Below are positions 29,090-38,860 of a stretch of DNA of 64,000 bases, piece after piece. Numbering within the stretch: position 1 is the first letter of the stretch; every line of letters starts with the position of its first letter. Under the pieces are notes generated by a model, which worked only from the letters and a program-made list of their open reading frames with translations, was not told where the DNA came from and ran no database searches. The stretch comes from Anaerohalosphaeraceae bacterium (GTDB lineage: Bacteria > Planctomycetota > Phycisphaerae > Sedimentisphaerales > Anaerohalosphaeraceae), in the NCBI GenBank assembly GCA_050309605.1, contig JBNRMN010000001.1:1-64000 (forward strand), written 5' to 3'. The position numbers were made by a program, and so were the translations under genes.

Positions 29090-31123
29090 ATGATCAGACG
29101 TTTTTGCACAATTTGTTTTGTCATTGGAGCGGCGCTGCTGGTGCTGAGTGTGCTGGGCATCGGGTCGCTCAAGACACACGAACGCGGCCTTCGCGCCGAG
29201 CGGCTGGGGCAGTTCGTGGCCGTCGCCGAGCAGATTCGTCTTGACGTCAAGAATCGGCTTGATGAATTCCTCCAGCTCGAGCAGCGACGGCCATATACCG
29301 ATTATCAGTACGTGTATGCGCCGGAAACCGCCGGCAGCGACGATGCACTGGTACGCAGTCCGCTGGCCGATTCGATGACGCACGGGCTGGCTTACGGCCA
29401 TTTCCAGATTGACGCGCAGGGCACGATTACAACGCCGCATGCGCAGCTTTCCGCAGCGCCGTCGCAGATGGAGCCGGAGTTGGCGGCCTATATGCAAACG
29501 CTGCGAACCGGTGTTCTCGAATCCCTTCGCGGGCAGCGTGCATTGCAGACGCACCGCGTGGAATTGCCGGCGGCACTGGGGGATGATGAGAACGACGAAG
29601 GCCGTTTCAGGGAGCAGGCCGATGCCGTATGGAGTCCGGACGTTCGGCGGCAGGCGGCTTTATTGCAGGAAAGCCGTGCCCTCCAGCGTGCGACCCCGCG
29701 TGTCCAGACCTATGCCATTGACAGCCTTGAGAAAGCTCAGCAAACCCAAACGATGCGGCAAACGCGCGACACCGCCGCCCGAAACGTCGCTATGACCGCG
29801 GTCCAATCAAGGGTGCAGGAATCACAGGTCGCCCCAGAGGATTTCGCCGCCCAGTCGCAAGCGGCTGGGCCGCCGCCTGAACGTGCACGAGCGGCGGCAA
29901 TGGGTATGGCTCCGGACCAGAGGCGTGCGCAAGGGCCGGCTCAAGCCGAAGCCGATACCAAAGCCGAAATCCAGGCCCAAACGGCTGTCAGAGAGAATGA
30001 CAAACCAATGGTTCAGATCCGAATTGAGCCGTTTGTACCGCTGATCGTGCCCGATGCCGATGATACGAATTCTCTCTTTCCGGATGCGGTTTTTCTTGTT
30101 CGGCACGTGCAGATCGAACACACCCATTTCCTGCAGGGGTTTCGTCTCAATGAAGACGAATTGGTCCGGCTGGTCCATCAGTCCGCACGTCGTTTGCTTA
30201 GAGAGGGAATGGGTGTTGATCTTGCACGGACCGAGCGGACGGATGCGGCCCATACGGCGATTCTGGATTTCGGTTTCGGTCAAGTGGCCCTGAATCTGCT
30301 GGAAATGCAGCCGGGCTGGATCGCGGCCCGTATTGCTCGATTAAATACCTGGCTGGTCGGGATATTGGCGGTGGTCTGGCTGGCGGTGCTGCTGGCGATG
30401 ATTGGATTGTGGCGCAATCTCCGCGAACAGGTCAGTTTGGCGCGAAAAAAGGACGACTTCATTTCCGCCGTCTCGCATGAACTGCGCACGCCCCTGACCA
30501 GCATTCGAATGTACACCGAGATGCTCGAAAAAGACTGGGTCAAAGAGGAATCCAGAAAACGCGAATATTATGGGACGATGCGACAGGAAAGCGAGCGGCT
30601 CAGTCGGCTGATCGAGAATGTGCTGGATTTTTCGCGACTCCAGCGCGGCAAAAAACAGTTTGATTTTACCATGGGCGACGTGAACGGCTGCATTCGGGAT
30701 GTCGTCGAGATGATGCGGCCGTGCGCCGAGCGAAACGGCTTTGCGATTGAGACGGAGCTGCGCGAGATGGCGCCGTTTGCGTTTGACCGCGATGCCGTGA
30801 TGCAGATCGTGATCAACCTGATTGACAACGCCCTGAAATACGCGAAGGATGCCTCGGACAAGCGGATTGTCGTTCGGTCGCGTCCGGAAAAACGCAGTGT
30901 GATTATTGAGGTCGAAGACCACGGCCCGGGTATCCCGAAACCTCATCAAAAACGGATATTCGAGGCCTTTTATCGATGCGGCGATGAGGCCACCCGTCAG
31001 GCCAACGGCACCGGCCTTGGCTTGGCGCTGGTCAAGCGGTTTGCCCAGGCCCATCGCGGCCTTGTCGAAGTGCTCAACGTCAAGCCGAACGGAGTCATTT
31101 TTCGCATCCACTTGGCGCGATAA
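29090..31123 (+). CDS. Sensor histidine kinase
   Basis: Two TM helices; SHELRTPLT, NLIDNALKY, EDHGPGI, GTGLGL. Confidence 0.95.
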   Translation: MIRRFCTICFVIGAALLVLSVLGIGSLKTHERGLRAERLGQFVAVAEQIRLDVKNRLDEFLQLEQRRPYTDYQYVYAPETAGSDDALVRSPLADSMTHGLAYGHFQIDAQGTITTPHAQLSAAPSQMEPELAAYMQTLRTGVLESLRGQRALQTHRVELPAALGDDENDEGRFREQADAVWSPDVRRQAALLQESRALQRATPRVQTYAIDSLEKAQQTQTMRQTRDTAARNVAMTAVQSRVQESQVAPEDFAAQSQAAGPPPERARAAAMGMAPDQRRAQGPAQAEADTKAEIQAQTAVRENDKPMVQIRIEPFVPLIVPDADDTNSLFPDAVFLVRHVQIEHTHFLQGFRLNEDELVRLVHQSARRLLREGMGVDLARTERTDAAHTAILDFGFGQVALNLLEMQPGWIAARIARLNTWLVGILAVVWLAVLLAMIGLWRNLREQVSLARKKDDFISAVSHELRTPLTSIRMYTEMLEKDWVKEESRKREYYGTMRQESERLSRLIENVLDFSRLQRGKKQFDFTMGDVNGCIRDVVEMMRPCAERNGFAIETELREMAPFAFDRDAVMQIVINLIDNALKYAKDASDKRIVVRSRPEKRSVIIEVEDHGPGIPKPHQKRIFEAFYRCGDEATRQANGTGLGLALVKRFAQAHRGLVEVLNVKPNGVIFRIHLAR

Positions 31124-31336
31124 CAATTAAACAGGCCATCCGCCGACAACACCTATCATCGGCGGCGCCGCCAAGCAGCAGCGTGAAGGCGGTTGTTTGC
31201 TGCGTTGGCCCCCATATTTTGGCCGCAAGACCGCAATTGACTTCCTGAGGCAAATATTTTCTAATACACCGTCCGGCCGGATAAGTCGATAGAATGACAG
31301 GTTTAACGGCAATCGTGTATGGGAACAGGCCGCACA

Positions 31337-33232
31337 ATGTCCGAGGCGTCAGAGACTCAGTTGAATACCAAAGAACACCCCGATTTGTACCGCAAGACGG
31401 TACGCGGCGGCGCTTGGCTGATGGCCGAGCGGGCGACGTCGCAGATTTTATCCTTTGTGCGGCTGCTGGTGCTGGCCAGACTCCTGCCGCCGCGCGAGTT
31501 CGGCGTGCTTGGAATTGCGATGCTGCTGCTCCAGATTCTCGAGACGTTTACCCAAACCGGCTTTAACACGGCCCTTGTACAACGCAAAGAAGAGAATATC
31601 CATTCTTATTTGGGCACCGCTTGGACGGTGAATGTGATTCGCGGGATGGTGTTGTTTTTGATTTTTGTAACCGCGGCGCCATTGGCCATTCATTTTTTTG
31701 ACGGGGACGGGACGTTTCGAGCGACGGATTTTCATAAGCCGGTCGAATTGGCCGAACATCTGCATCGTCAGGATGATCCGTTGACGCGGCAGATCATCGG
31801 GCTGTTGTCCGAGCAGGACCGTCGCCGGCTTGAGGCGATAGCGGATGGCACGATTTCGGCAGGGCAGGCCCGCCAGTCGCTGCGCGAGCTGTTCAGCCGC
31901 CTTGTTGAACAGGACACGCTCTATCAGCCCGAAGCATTTGAACAGGTGCAGTTGTCCTCCTATGCACTGGAGTCTGTCGCGACGCTGACGCCCGCAACGC
32001 AGCGGCGCACCCATCGGCTGCTGTTGGAGCAGGCCTGGCCGAATTGGATTGCTCGTTCCATACTGGATCGTCCGCAACTGACCTGGATTATTCGGGTCAT
32101 CGGGATGGTGCTGCTGTGTCGGGCGCTGAGTAATACAGCGATTGTGTATTTTGTCAAGACCATGCGGTTTGATAAACATTTTATGATGCGAACCGCCGCG
32201 ACGCTCGTGAATGTCACGGTGACGGTGGTTTTGGCCTTTGTGCTGAAAAATGTGTGGGCGCTGGTGTGGGGGATTGTGTTATCGGAATTGACGTCGCTGA
32301 TGCTGTCGTACGTGATGCACCCCTGGCGTCCGCGGTTTGAGCTGGATCGGAGCCGTCTGGGGCAGATGTGGCGGTTCGGGCGATGGATTACGGGGCTTTC
32401 GATGATGGAGTTTTTGCTGACCACCGGCGACAGTGTGATTGTGGGGCGGCTGCTGGGGGCCTCCTCGCTGGGGCTGTATCAGATGTCCACGCGCCTGTCA
32501 GCCCTGCCGATTCGGGAGTTTACCTCGGTCATTGCACGGGTGACGTTCCCGGCCTTTTGCCGGATTCAGACCGATATTAACCGCCTGCGCGAGGCGTTTT
32601 TGAAAAGCATTGATCTGACCAGTGTCGTCGTGATGCCGGCGGTCGGCGGAATTCTGATATTCGGAGATGATATCGTCCGACTGTTTATGCAGGAAAGCTG
32701 GCAGCCGATGATCAGCACACTGCGAATCCTGGCGATTATGGGCATATTCAGATGTATTCCTGTCGGAGCATTGTTTCACGCATTGGGCAAGCCGCATTAT
32801 CTGACGCTGTTTATGGGAGTACGCATTGTGATTATTGCCTTGTTTTTTTATCCGTTAATGCAAAGGTATGGAGTTAACGGAATGGCATGGGCAATTAGTA
32901 TCAGTAGCATGGTCTTACTGGCACCGGGGTATTTAATCTTGGCGCGTTTGCTTCAATGCCGTGTACGGGTCATCTTTAGGCATCAGGCCGCACAACTTGG
33001 GGGCGTTCTGGCGATGATGGCGGTGGTCGGCATCGTCAAATGGTGGCTGTGGTTGCAGTCGTCTTATCTGCGGTTTTTTGTGTTGGTCTTATTGGCAACG
33101 GCCATTTATTGTGGAGTATGTCTTTTTCTGACACCGCTGTTTAAGGCGCAATGGATGGTGTTTATTCGCGAACAGTGCAAACAGTCAATAACTTATTTGT
33201 CACAGAAAACCATTTATTCAGCGAATCAATAG
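31337..33232 (+). CDS. Wzx/PST-family polysaccharide flippase with ~120-aa soluble insertion
   Basis: LARLLPPREFG, GFNTALVQ, WALVWG, IVGRLLG..LGLY, VTFPAF; multiple TM helices. Confidence 0.9.
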   Translation: MSEASETQLNTKEHPDLYRKTVRGGAWLMAERATSQILSFVRLLVLARLLPPREFGVLGIAMLLLQILETFTQTGFNTALVQRKEENIHSYLGTAWTVNVIRGMVLFLIFVTAAPLAIHFFDGDGTFRATDFHKPVELAEHLHRQDDPLTRQIIGLLSEQDRRRLEAIADGTISAGQARQSLRELFSRLVEQDTLYQPEAFEQVQLSSYALESVATLTPATQRRTHRLLLEQAWPNWIARSILDRPQLTWIIRVIGMVLLCRALSNTAIVYFVKTMRFDKHFMMRTAATLVNVTVTVVLAFVLKNVWALVWGIVLSELTSLMLSYVMHPWRPRFELDRSRLGQMWRFGRWITGLSMMEFLLTTGDSVIVGRLLGASSLGLYQMSTRLSALPIREFTSVIARVTFPAFCRIQTDINRLREAFLKSIDLTSVVVMPAVGGILIFGDDIVRLFMQESWQPMISTLRILAIMGIFRCIPVGALFHALGKPHYLTLFMGVRIVIIALFFYPLMQRYGVNGMAWAISISSMVLLAPGYLILARLLQCRVRVIFRHQAAQLGGVLAMMAVVGIVKWWLWLQSSYLRFFVLVLLATAIYCGVCLFLTPLFKAQWMVFIREQCKQSITYLSQKTIYSANQ

Positions 33233-33255
33233 GTGATTATTCAAAGGTGGTGAGT

Positions 33256-34479
33256 ATGTTTTTGCATTTAGTAGATGACGAGAAATTTACTGATGGAAGT
33301 GCCGATCTTTTTGAAGCGTGTGATCCCGGCAATCATCGATATGTGATCGTATGCAGTAACAATCCGGCTCAATTTCGATATATAAAAAAGACTAATGTGC
33401 AAATTATACGTTACGAATCCGAAGAATATAGATCATTGACACAAACACTTTCAGATTATACAGCCGTATTTGTTTATAGTTTATTCAACAAATACCATTT
33501 GGATTTGGTCAACAAAGCGCCGACAGAGGCTGTTTTGGTGTGGTTTTTCGGGGGAGGGGAACTGTTGACGACCAAAAAGTATTGGCCGACTGTGATGCTG
33601 CCGCGGACGCGACTGCTTTATTACAAGCACCGAGCGATACCGTGGCTCAAAACAAATTTCTATAAATACATAAATTTGCTTCGACAGGGGAAAGTTATTG
33701 CGCTGGCCCAGCCCCTTAGAAAGTTAATGGTCTCCGGTAGGTCCCCCGGAGATTCGGCGCTCGATACCCACCTCGAAAAGGCGATTGCCCGAATGCATTA
33801 TATCGCTCCTGTGATTCCTGAAGACTATGAGCAACTCAAAAAAATGGTGCCGTGTAACGCTGAGATTGTAAACTGGAATTATTCCGCCGGGTTTTCTCTA
33901 TGTAACATGGAAAGCTGGCGTGTTACCGGAAACAACTGGCTTGTAGGAAATGCCTCACGCTATGCACTGAATCATATTGAAATGTTCAGATTGCTGAATA
34001 AGATAAAGGGGCACCAGGGTGATGTGATTGTTCCATTAAGCTATGGTGATAACGAGCTGTATAAAAATGACATTTTGCGAGCGGGTAACCATTTCTTCGG
34101 CAAGCAGTTTCGTCCCCTGCTGGACTATATGCCGATTGAGGATTACTATGCTACGATCAGGACTTGTTCAGCAGCATTTTTTAATACGCCCCGTCAACAT
34201 GCAATGGGCAATATAATTCGTGTATTATACATAGGCGCCAGGGTTTTTTTGCGTGAAGAAAATCCCGGATATCAATTCTTTAAACGTTATGGAGCGAAAG
34301 TATTTTCTATCCAAACTGACATCCCACGCACTGCGGAGACAATTGATGTGCCGTTGGATATGACAACGATCCAGCAAAACAGAAACGCTATAGTGCGAAT
34401 TGCATCTGAGCAAGTACTCCAAGACAAAACTTTGAGAATGTTGACTATTTTGAAAGAACGATTAAATGCAAAAAAATAA
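33256..34479 (+). CDS. WecF/RffT-like (GT56) 4-acetamido-sugar glycosyltransferase
   Basis: LHLVDDEKF, WFFGGGEL, LVGNAS…NH, VPLSYG, PLLDYMP, RQHAMGNI, GARVFL. Confidence 0.75.
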   Translation: MFLHLVDDEKFTDGSADLFEACDPGNHRYVIVCSNNPAQFRYIKKTNVQIIRYESEEYRSLTQTLSDYTAVFVYSLFNKYHLDLVNKAPTEAVLVWFFGGGELLTTKKYWPTVMLPRTRLLYYKHRAIPWLKTNFYKYINLLRQGKVIALAQPLRKLMVSGRSPGDSALDTHLEKAIARMHYIAPVIPEDYEQLKKMVPCNAEIVNWNYSAGFSLCNMESWRVTGNNWLVGNASRYALNHIEMFRLLNKIKGHQGDVIVPLSYGDNELYKNDILRAGNHFFGKQFRPLLDYMPIEDYYATIRTCSAAFFNTPRQHAMGNIIRVLYIGARVFLREENPGYQFFKRYGAKVFSIQTDIPRTAETIDVPLDMTTIQQNRNAIVRIASEQVLQDKTLRMLTILKERLNAKK

Positions 34480-34507
34480 AGGCCTTGAAGTCTTTCAAGG
34501 CCTTTAT
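34476..34507. terminator. Hairpin between convergent genes (probable bidirectional terminator)
   Basis: Perfect 14-bp stem ATAAAGGCCTTGAA-gtct-TTCAAGGCCTTTAT. Confidence 0.75.
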
Positions 34508-34537
34508 GATGTCTATTATCTAACGGGACAGAATGGA

Positions 34538-35518
34538 TTAATTGATGCTCCATCTGCCATCGTTTACCAACACAGAATCGTCGATACCTCTACCATAGAA
34601 ATCTTCACCCGCTGAGCCAAGTGCGCCTCTTCTCATATGCCATTCTATAGAAGGAGGTGTCTGAGCCCAAGGCGTGTAAATATTGTCATTTTTGGTCCCA
34701 ACATCGGAGCGCGTTTCATACGTTGTGTGGCCATCTGCGTAGAGGACATTCTGCCCTTCGCGGTCATGCGGCTGGGCATTGCCTGCATAGATGTCCCATC
34801 TACTGATAGCGGCCCAACCATCGGCAGTGGTAATTTGCGGCAATAGAGCTCTTACATCCATATAGCTTGTTTGGGTTGGAGTTCCCGTATTAAGTCTTGT
34901 GTCAAACCAAGGGCTTTTGTCGGCCATCACAGCAAAGGATGCCGATCTTTGTCCATCTGCGGCAAACCGTGCTTTCTTAGCGGTGTTCCCTGCGGGTGTT
35001 GAGTCATTTCCCTTATAAGGCATATGGTACGAATAACTGACACAGTTTTCCGGACCAGTGGTGTTATATTCTCTATGGCCAAAGTCCCATAATTGCACAA
35101 GGTCCAAGTTGTGATCATTTCTTCCGTCGAATTCTTTCTGATTGCTGGCAGGGCACACAAACGATTTAGGGCTGACATCCGCTTCACGCACAAGTAAATA
35201 CAAACTTGCTCCGACAGTAACAGAAGGTGTCATATCTGGGTCGGCCCAGCCACTACCAGGCAATGTTGCTGTTTGCCAAGCAGCGGTGGCATTGGCTAAA
35301 CGGGGATTGGTTCGGCCGCCCTGCACGGTCCACTGACCGTTGTAATCGTGGGCATAGACGGTTTGGGCGGTGCCGAGGCCCTTCAGGTTGGTGCCGCAGA
35401 CCACGCGTTGAGCGATCTTTTTGACCTTGCTCAACGCCGGCATCAGGATGGCCAGCAGCATGGCGATGATCGCGATCACCACCAACAGTTCAATGAGTGT
35501 GAAACCTTTCTTTCTCAT
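34538..35518 (-). CDS. Prepilin-type N-terminal cleavage/methylation protein with H-X9-DG-type C-terminal motif
   Basis: MRKKG^FTLIELLVVIAIIAMLLAILMPAL; C-terminal HDREGQNVLYADGH; GAAAGGAG RBS. Confidence 0.93.
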   Translation of the reverse strand: MRKKGFTLIELLVVIAIIAMLLAILMPALSKVKKIAQRVVCGTNLKGLGTAQTVYAHDYNGQWTVQGGRTNPRLANATAAWQTATLPGSGWADPDMTPSVTVGASLYLLVREADVSPKSFVCPASNQKEFDGRNDHNLDLVQLWDFGHREYNTTGPENCVSYSYHMPYKGNDSTPAGNTAKKARFAADGQRSASFAVMADKSPWFDTRLNTGTPTQTSYMDVRALLPQITTADGWAAISRWDIYAGNAQPHDREGQNVLYADGHTTYETRSDVGTKNDNIYTPWAQTPPSIEWHMRRGALGSAGEDFYGRGIDDSVLVNDGRWSIN

Positions 35519-35978
35519 ACAATTCTCCTTTCCTGCATTCGCTCGGCCAAAACGGTTGTCTTCGGTCTATTTTTACCTATTATTGCGGGCGGCTCCCACG
35601 CAGAGCCTGTGTTTCAACTTGACCGAGCTTGTGCACGAACCATTCTCGGCCGAAGACATTTCCTGCTGCGATTGGTGCTGCACCTTTAATTGCGCAACAC
35701 TGTATTTGGAAAGGAGGAAGGAAAAGGAGACGGGTTCACGAAATTACAACCTAAAACGTATTATAATGGCTTTATTGAATATTAACTTTTTTGTGAAACC
35801 GACCTCAAGCCGATCCTTGCCTATTTCCATTGTTCAAAATAGCATAGTCCGATATTGAAGTCAAGAAAAAAAATGATTTTCATAAAAAAATGTTAGCGGG
35901 GTTATTAAGATTGACTTAACTGTCGATTTATTCTATGCTTATCCGGTAAACAAGTGATTGAAACGGGATCCGAATTTA

Positions 35979-37163
35979 ATGGACGATCTTTTGACGAATG
36001 GGCGTTATCAGGAATTGATCCGGCGTTTTCGGCTCGACGAGCCGATTTATGTGACCCGGCCGAGGATGCCTTCGCTGGATGCATACGAAAATTGCCTAAA
36101 GCATATCTGGAACACGAAGTGGTTGACCAATAACGGCCTTTATCATCGAGAATTTGAGAAAAAACTTGCCGAGTATTTAGGCGTAGAACATCTTAATTTG
36201 TTTGTCAATGGGACCATTGCACTATTGGTCGCCCTTCAGGCGCTTCGCATCAACAGCGGTGAGGTGATTACGACACCCTTTACCTTCCCGGCCAGTACCC
36301 ATGTCTTGCATTGGAATCGCGTCCGACCCGTTTTTTGTGACATTGACCCTAAAACATACAATATTGATCCAAATAGGATCGAAAAACTTATCACTCCCGA
36401 TACCAAAGCAATACTTGGGGTGCATGTGTATGGGACCCCATGCGACGTAGAGGCCATCCAAACCCTTGCCAACCGGCACGGCCTGCATGTCATCTATGAT
36501 GCGGCCCACGCATTTGGGGTCAAGGTAGGCGGCCGTTCTATACTGGAATACGGGGATTTGTCGGCAATGAGTTTCCATGCGACGAAACTCTTTACTTCGA
36601 TTGAGGGCGGCGCATTGGTCTCCCGGACGAAGGTGCAGGCTGAACGCATTTACTATTTAAAGAACTTCGGAATTGCCGGCGAAGAAACTGTCATTGGTCC
36701 GGGCATTAACGGCAAAATGAACGAATTTCAAGCCGCCTTTGGACTGCTTGAACTGGATCTTGTAGGTCAGGAAATACAGGCGCGTCGAGAACGGACGCTT
36801 CTGTACCGCGAGCGTCTGGTCGATGTGCCGGGAATAACGGTTATGCAGGATATGCCGAATGTGACGCATAATTACGGGTACTTTCCGATTCTTGTTGATC
36901 CCGCCCAATACGGTTGCAGCCGCGATGAACTGCACGACATATTTCGAGCCTGCAACATCATTACCCGCAAATATTTTTATCCTTTGTGCAGTCACTATTC
37001 CTGTTACGCTTCTTTACCGTCTTCGCGGGCAGAGGGTTTGCCTATTGCAGAACGTGTATCTTTACAAGTCCTTTGTTTGCCATTATACGGCGAACTTGAG
37101 GATACGATGATTGAATGTGTATGCAGTATTATTTATGCAGTACACCAGAAAACAAATATTTAG
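35979..37163 (+). CDS. DegT/DnrJ/EryC1/StrS sugar aminotransferase (VioA-like)
   Basis: WLTNNG, ITTPFTF, VHVYG, YDAAHAFG, SFHATK, GINGKMNE, VLCLPLY. Confidence 0.92.
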   Translation: MDDLLTNGRYQELIRRFRLDEPIYVTRPRMPSLDAYENCLKHIWNTKWLTNNGLYHREFEKKLAEYLGVEHLNLFVNGTIALLVALQALRINSGEVITTPFTFPASTHVLHWNRVRPVFCDIDPKTYNIDPNRIEKLITPDTKAILGVHVYGTPCDVEAIQTLANRHGLHVIYDAAHAFGVKVGGRSILEYGDLSAMSFHATKLFTSIEGGALVSRTKVQAERIYYLKNFGIAGEETVIGPGINGKMNEFQAAFGLLELDLVGQEIQARRERTLLYRERLVDVPGITVMQDMPNVTHNYGYFPILVDPAQYGCSRDELHDIFRACNIITRKYFYPLCSHYSCYASLPSSRAEGLPIAERVSLQVLCLPLYGELEDTMIECVCSIIYAVHQKTNI

Positions 37164-37179
37164 ACTGGAGGTGCATTAT

Positions 37180-37737
37180 ATGCAGAAGAGAATTTTTCTG
37201 AGGCATTTGGAAATCTCCGATTGTCAGCGTGTTTATCAGTGGCATAATGACCCGGAGTTGTATTCAACATTGATTAATCCTTTTCATCCTGTCAGCTTGC
37301 AAACGGTGGAAGACTGGATAAAAAGGAAATCACAATATTCCGATAAAGAAATTAATTTTGCGATTTGTTTAGCAGATACATCCGAGCACATCGGAAATCT
37401 GTATATGCGGGACATCGACTTTGTCAACCGAAATTGTTCTGTTGGTGCTTTTATAGCCAGTCCCAAAAACCGAGGCAAGGGATATGTCCAGGAGGCACTC
37501 GATCAACTGGTTGAATATGCCTATGAAACTTTGGGGCTTAAGCGTGTGTATATGCATACATTTGCAGACAATGAACGTGCGGTGAAGCTCCTTCGAAAAT
37601 GTGGATTTACTATTGAAGGTAAAATGCGTCAGCATGTTTTTAAGAACGGACGGTTTAAGGATGTGTTGATTCTGGGGATGTGCGAGTCGGATTACGTTGA
37701 ATACAAGAAAAAAAAGAAATGTGAAATCAAATCCTGA
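37180..37737 (+). CDS. GNAT (RimJ/PseH-like) N-acetyltransferase
   Basis: HIGN, RGKGY, NERAVKLLRKCGFTIEG; GGAGG RBS. Confidence 0.88.
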   Translation: MQKRIFLRHLEISDCQRVYQWHNDPELYSTLINPFHPVSLQTVEDWIKRKSQYSDKEINFAICLADTSEHIGNLYMRDIDFVNRNCSVGAFIASPKNRGKGYVQEALDQLVEYAYETLGLKRVYMHTFADNERAVKLLRKCGFTIEGKMRQHVFKNGRFKDVLILGMCESDYVEYKKKKKCEIKS

Positions 37738-37815
37738 TAGTCGGCATTATTCTGTTCATTGTGATGATTCAAATTTCCCGATCAACGGGGTATTCAACTT
37801 AGGAGGCGTGATTTG

Positions 37816-38835
37816 ATGAATATTCTCCTGACATCCGCGGGGAGAAGAGGGTATGTGGTTGATTATTTCAAAGAAGCCCTGCAGGGTAAGGGGTTTGTTC
37901 ACGCGGCGAATTCCACGATGTCAACAGCATTGATTCGGGCGGATCAATTTACGATTACTCCATTGATTTATGACTCTCAATATATAGATTATCTGCTCGA
38001 CTATTCAGTTCGTAATAAAATCAAGGCGATCATTCCTTTGTTTGATATTGATCTACCTATACTTGCGAAGTCAAAACAAAAGATGAAAGAATATGGAATC
38101 GAGGTGGTCGTTTCTGATTATGAGATTACACAAATATGCAACGATAAATGGAGTACCTATCGTTTTCTGATCCAAAACGGCATACTAACTCCTCAAACTT
38201 TTTTTTCTTTGGGCGATGCAAAAAACGCAATTCATAGAGAGGTTCTTCGATTTCCGTTAGTTGTTAAGCCTCGTTGGGGTATGGGGTCTATCGGCATCTT
38301 TATTGCAGAGTCCATGTCTGAATTGGAATGCTTGTATTCCAAAGTCAAGAGTACGGTTCAAAATACTTATTTGAAATATGAATCCCAAAGAGCGATTCAT
38401 CGTTCTGTTATTATTCAGGAAAAGTTTGATGGTATTGAGTATGGCCTGGATATTATCAATGACTTATCTTCTCGGTATGTGACGACTTTGGTGAAGCGGA
38501 AAATTGCAATGCGTTTTGGTGAAACAGATATAGCTGTAACGGAAAACAACGAAATGTTATGCAAATTGGGAAAAAAAGTTTCTGTGTTACTCAAACATAT
38601 TGCCAATCTGGATGTTGACTGCTTCTTGGCAAATGATAAGCTGTATGTACTGGAAATGAATTGCAGATTTGGGGGAGGGTATCCTTTTTCACATTTGGCA
38701 GGGGCGAATTTGCCTCTGGCGATTATTCAATGGTTAAATGGTCAGACGCCGAGCAAAGATTTATTTGAGATTGAATATGGTGTTGAGGGTGCCAAAGATA
38801 TTCTTCCGGTCATCCTTAAAAAGAATGGGTCATGA
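37816..38835 (+). CDS. ATP-grasp domain protein of sugar-modification loci
   Basis: NILLTSAGRR, ICNDKW, VKPRWGMGS, IQE..G.EY, LEMNCRFGGGYP. Confidence 0.88.
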   Translation: MNILLTSAGRRGYVVDYFKEALQGKGFVHAANSTMSTALIRADQFTITPLIYDSQYIDYLLDYSVRNKIKAIIPLFDIDLPILAKSKQKMKEYGIEVVVSDYEITQICNDKWSTYRFLIQNGILTPQTFFSLGDAKNAIHREVLRFPLVVKPRWGMGSIGIFIAESMSELECLYSKVKSTVQNTYLKYESQRAIHRSVIIQEKFDGIEYGLDIINDLSSRYVTTLVKRKIAMRFGETDIAVTENNEMLCKLGKKVSVLLKHIANLDVDCFLANDKLYVLEMNCRFGGGYPFSHLAGANLPLAIIQWLNGQTPSKDLFEIEYGVEGAKDILPVILKKNGS

Positions 38836-38860
38836 ATATCAATTTTAATTATGAGCGGCA

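Noticed and set aside
35521..35760. Known c-di-GMP riboswitch upstream of the prepilin gene
   Set aside because: Neither class I nor class II consensus is recognisable by eye; kept only as an unclassified structured leader
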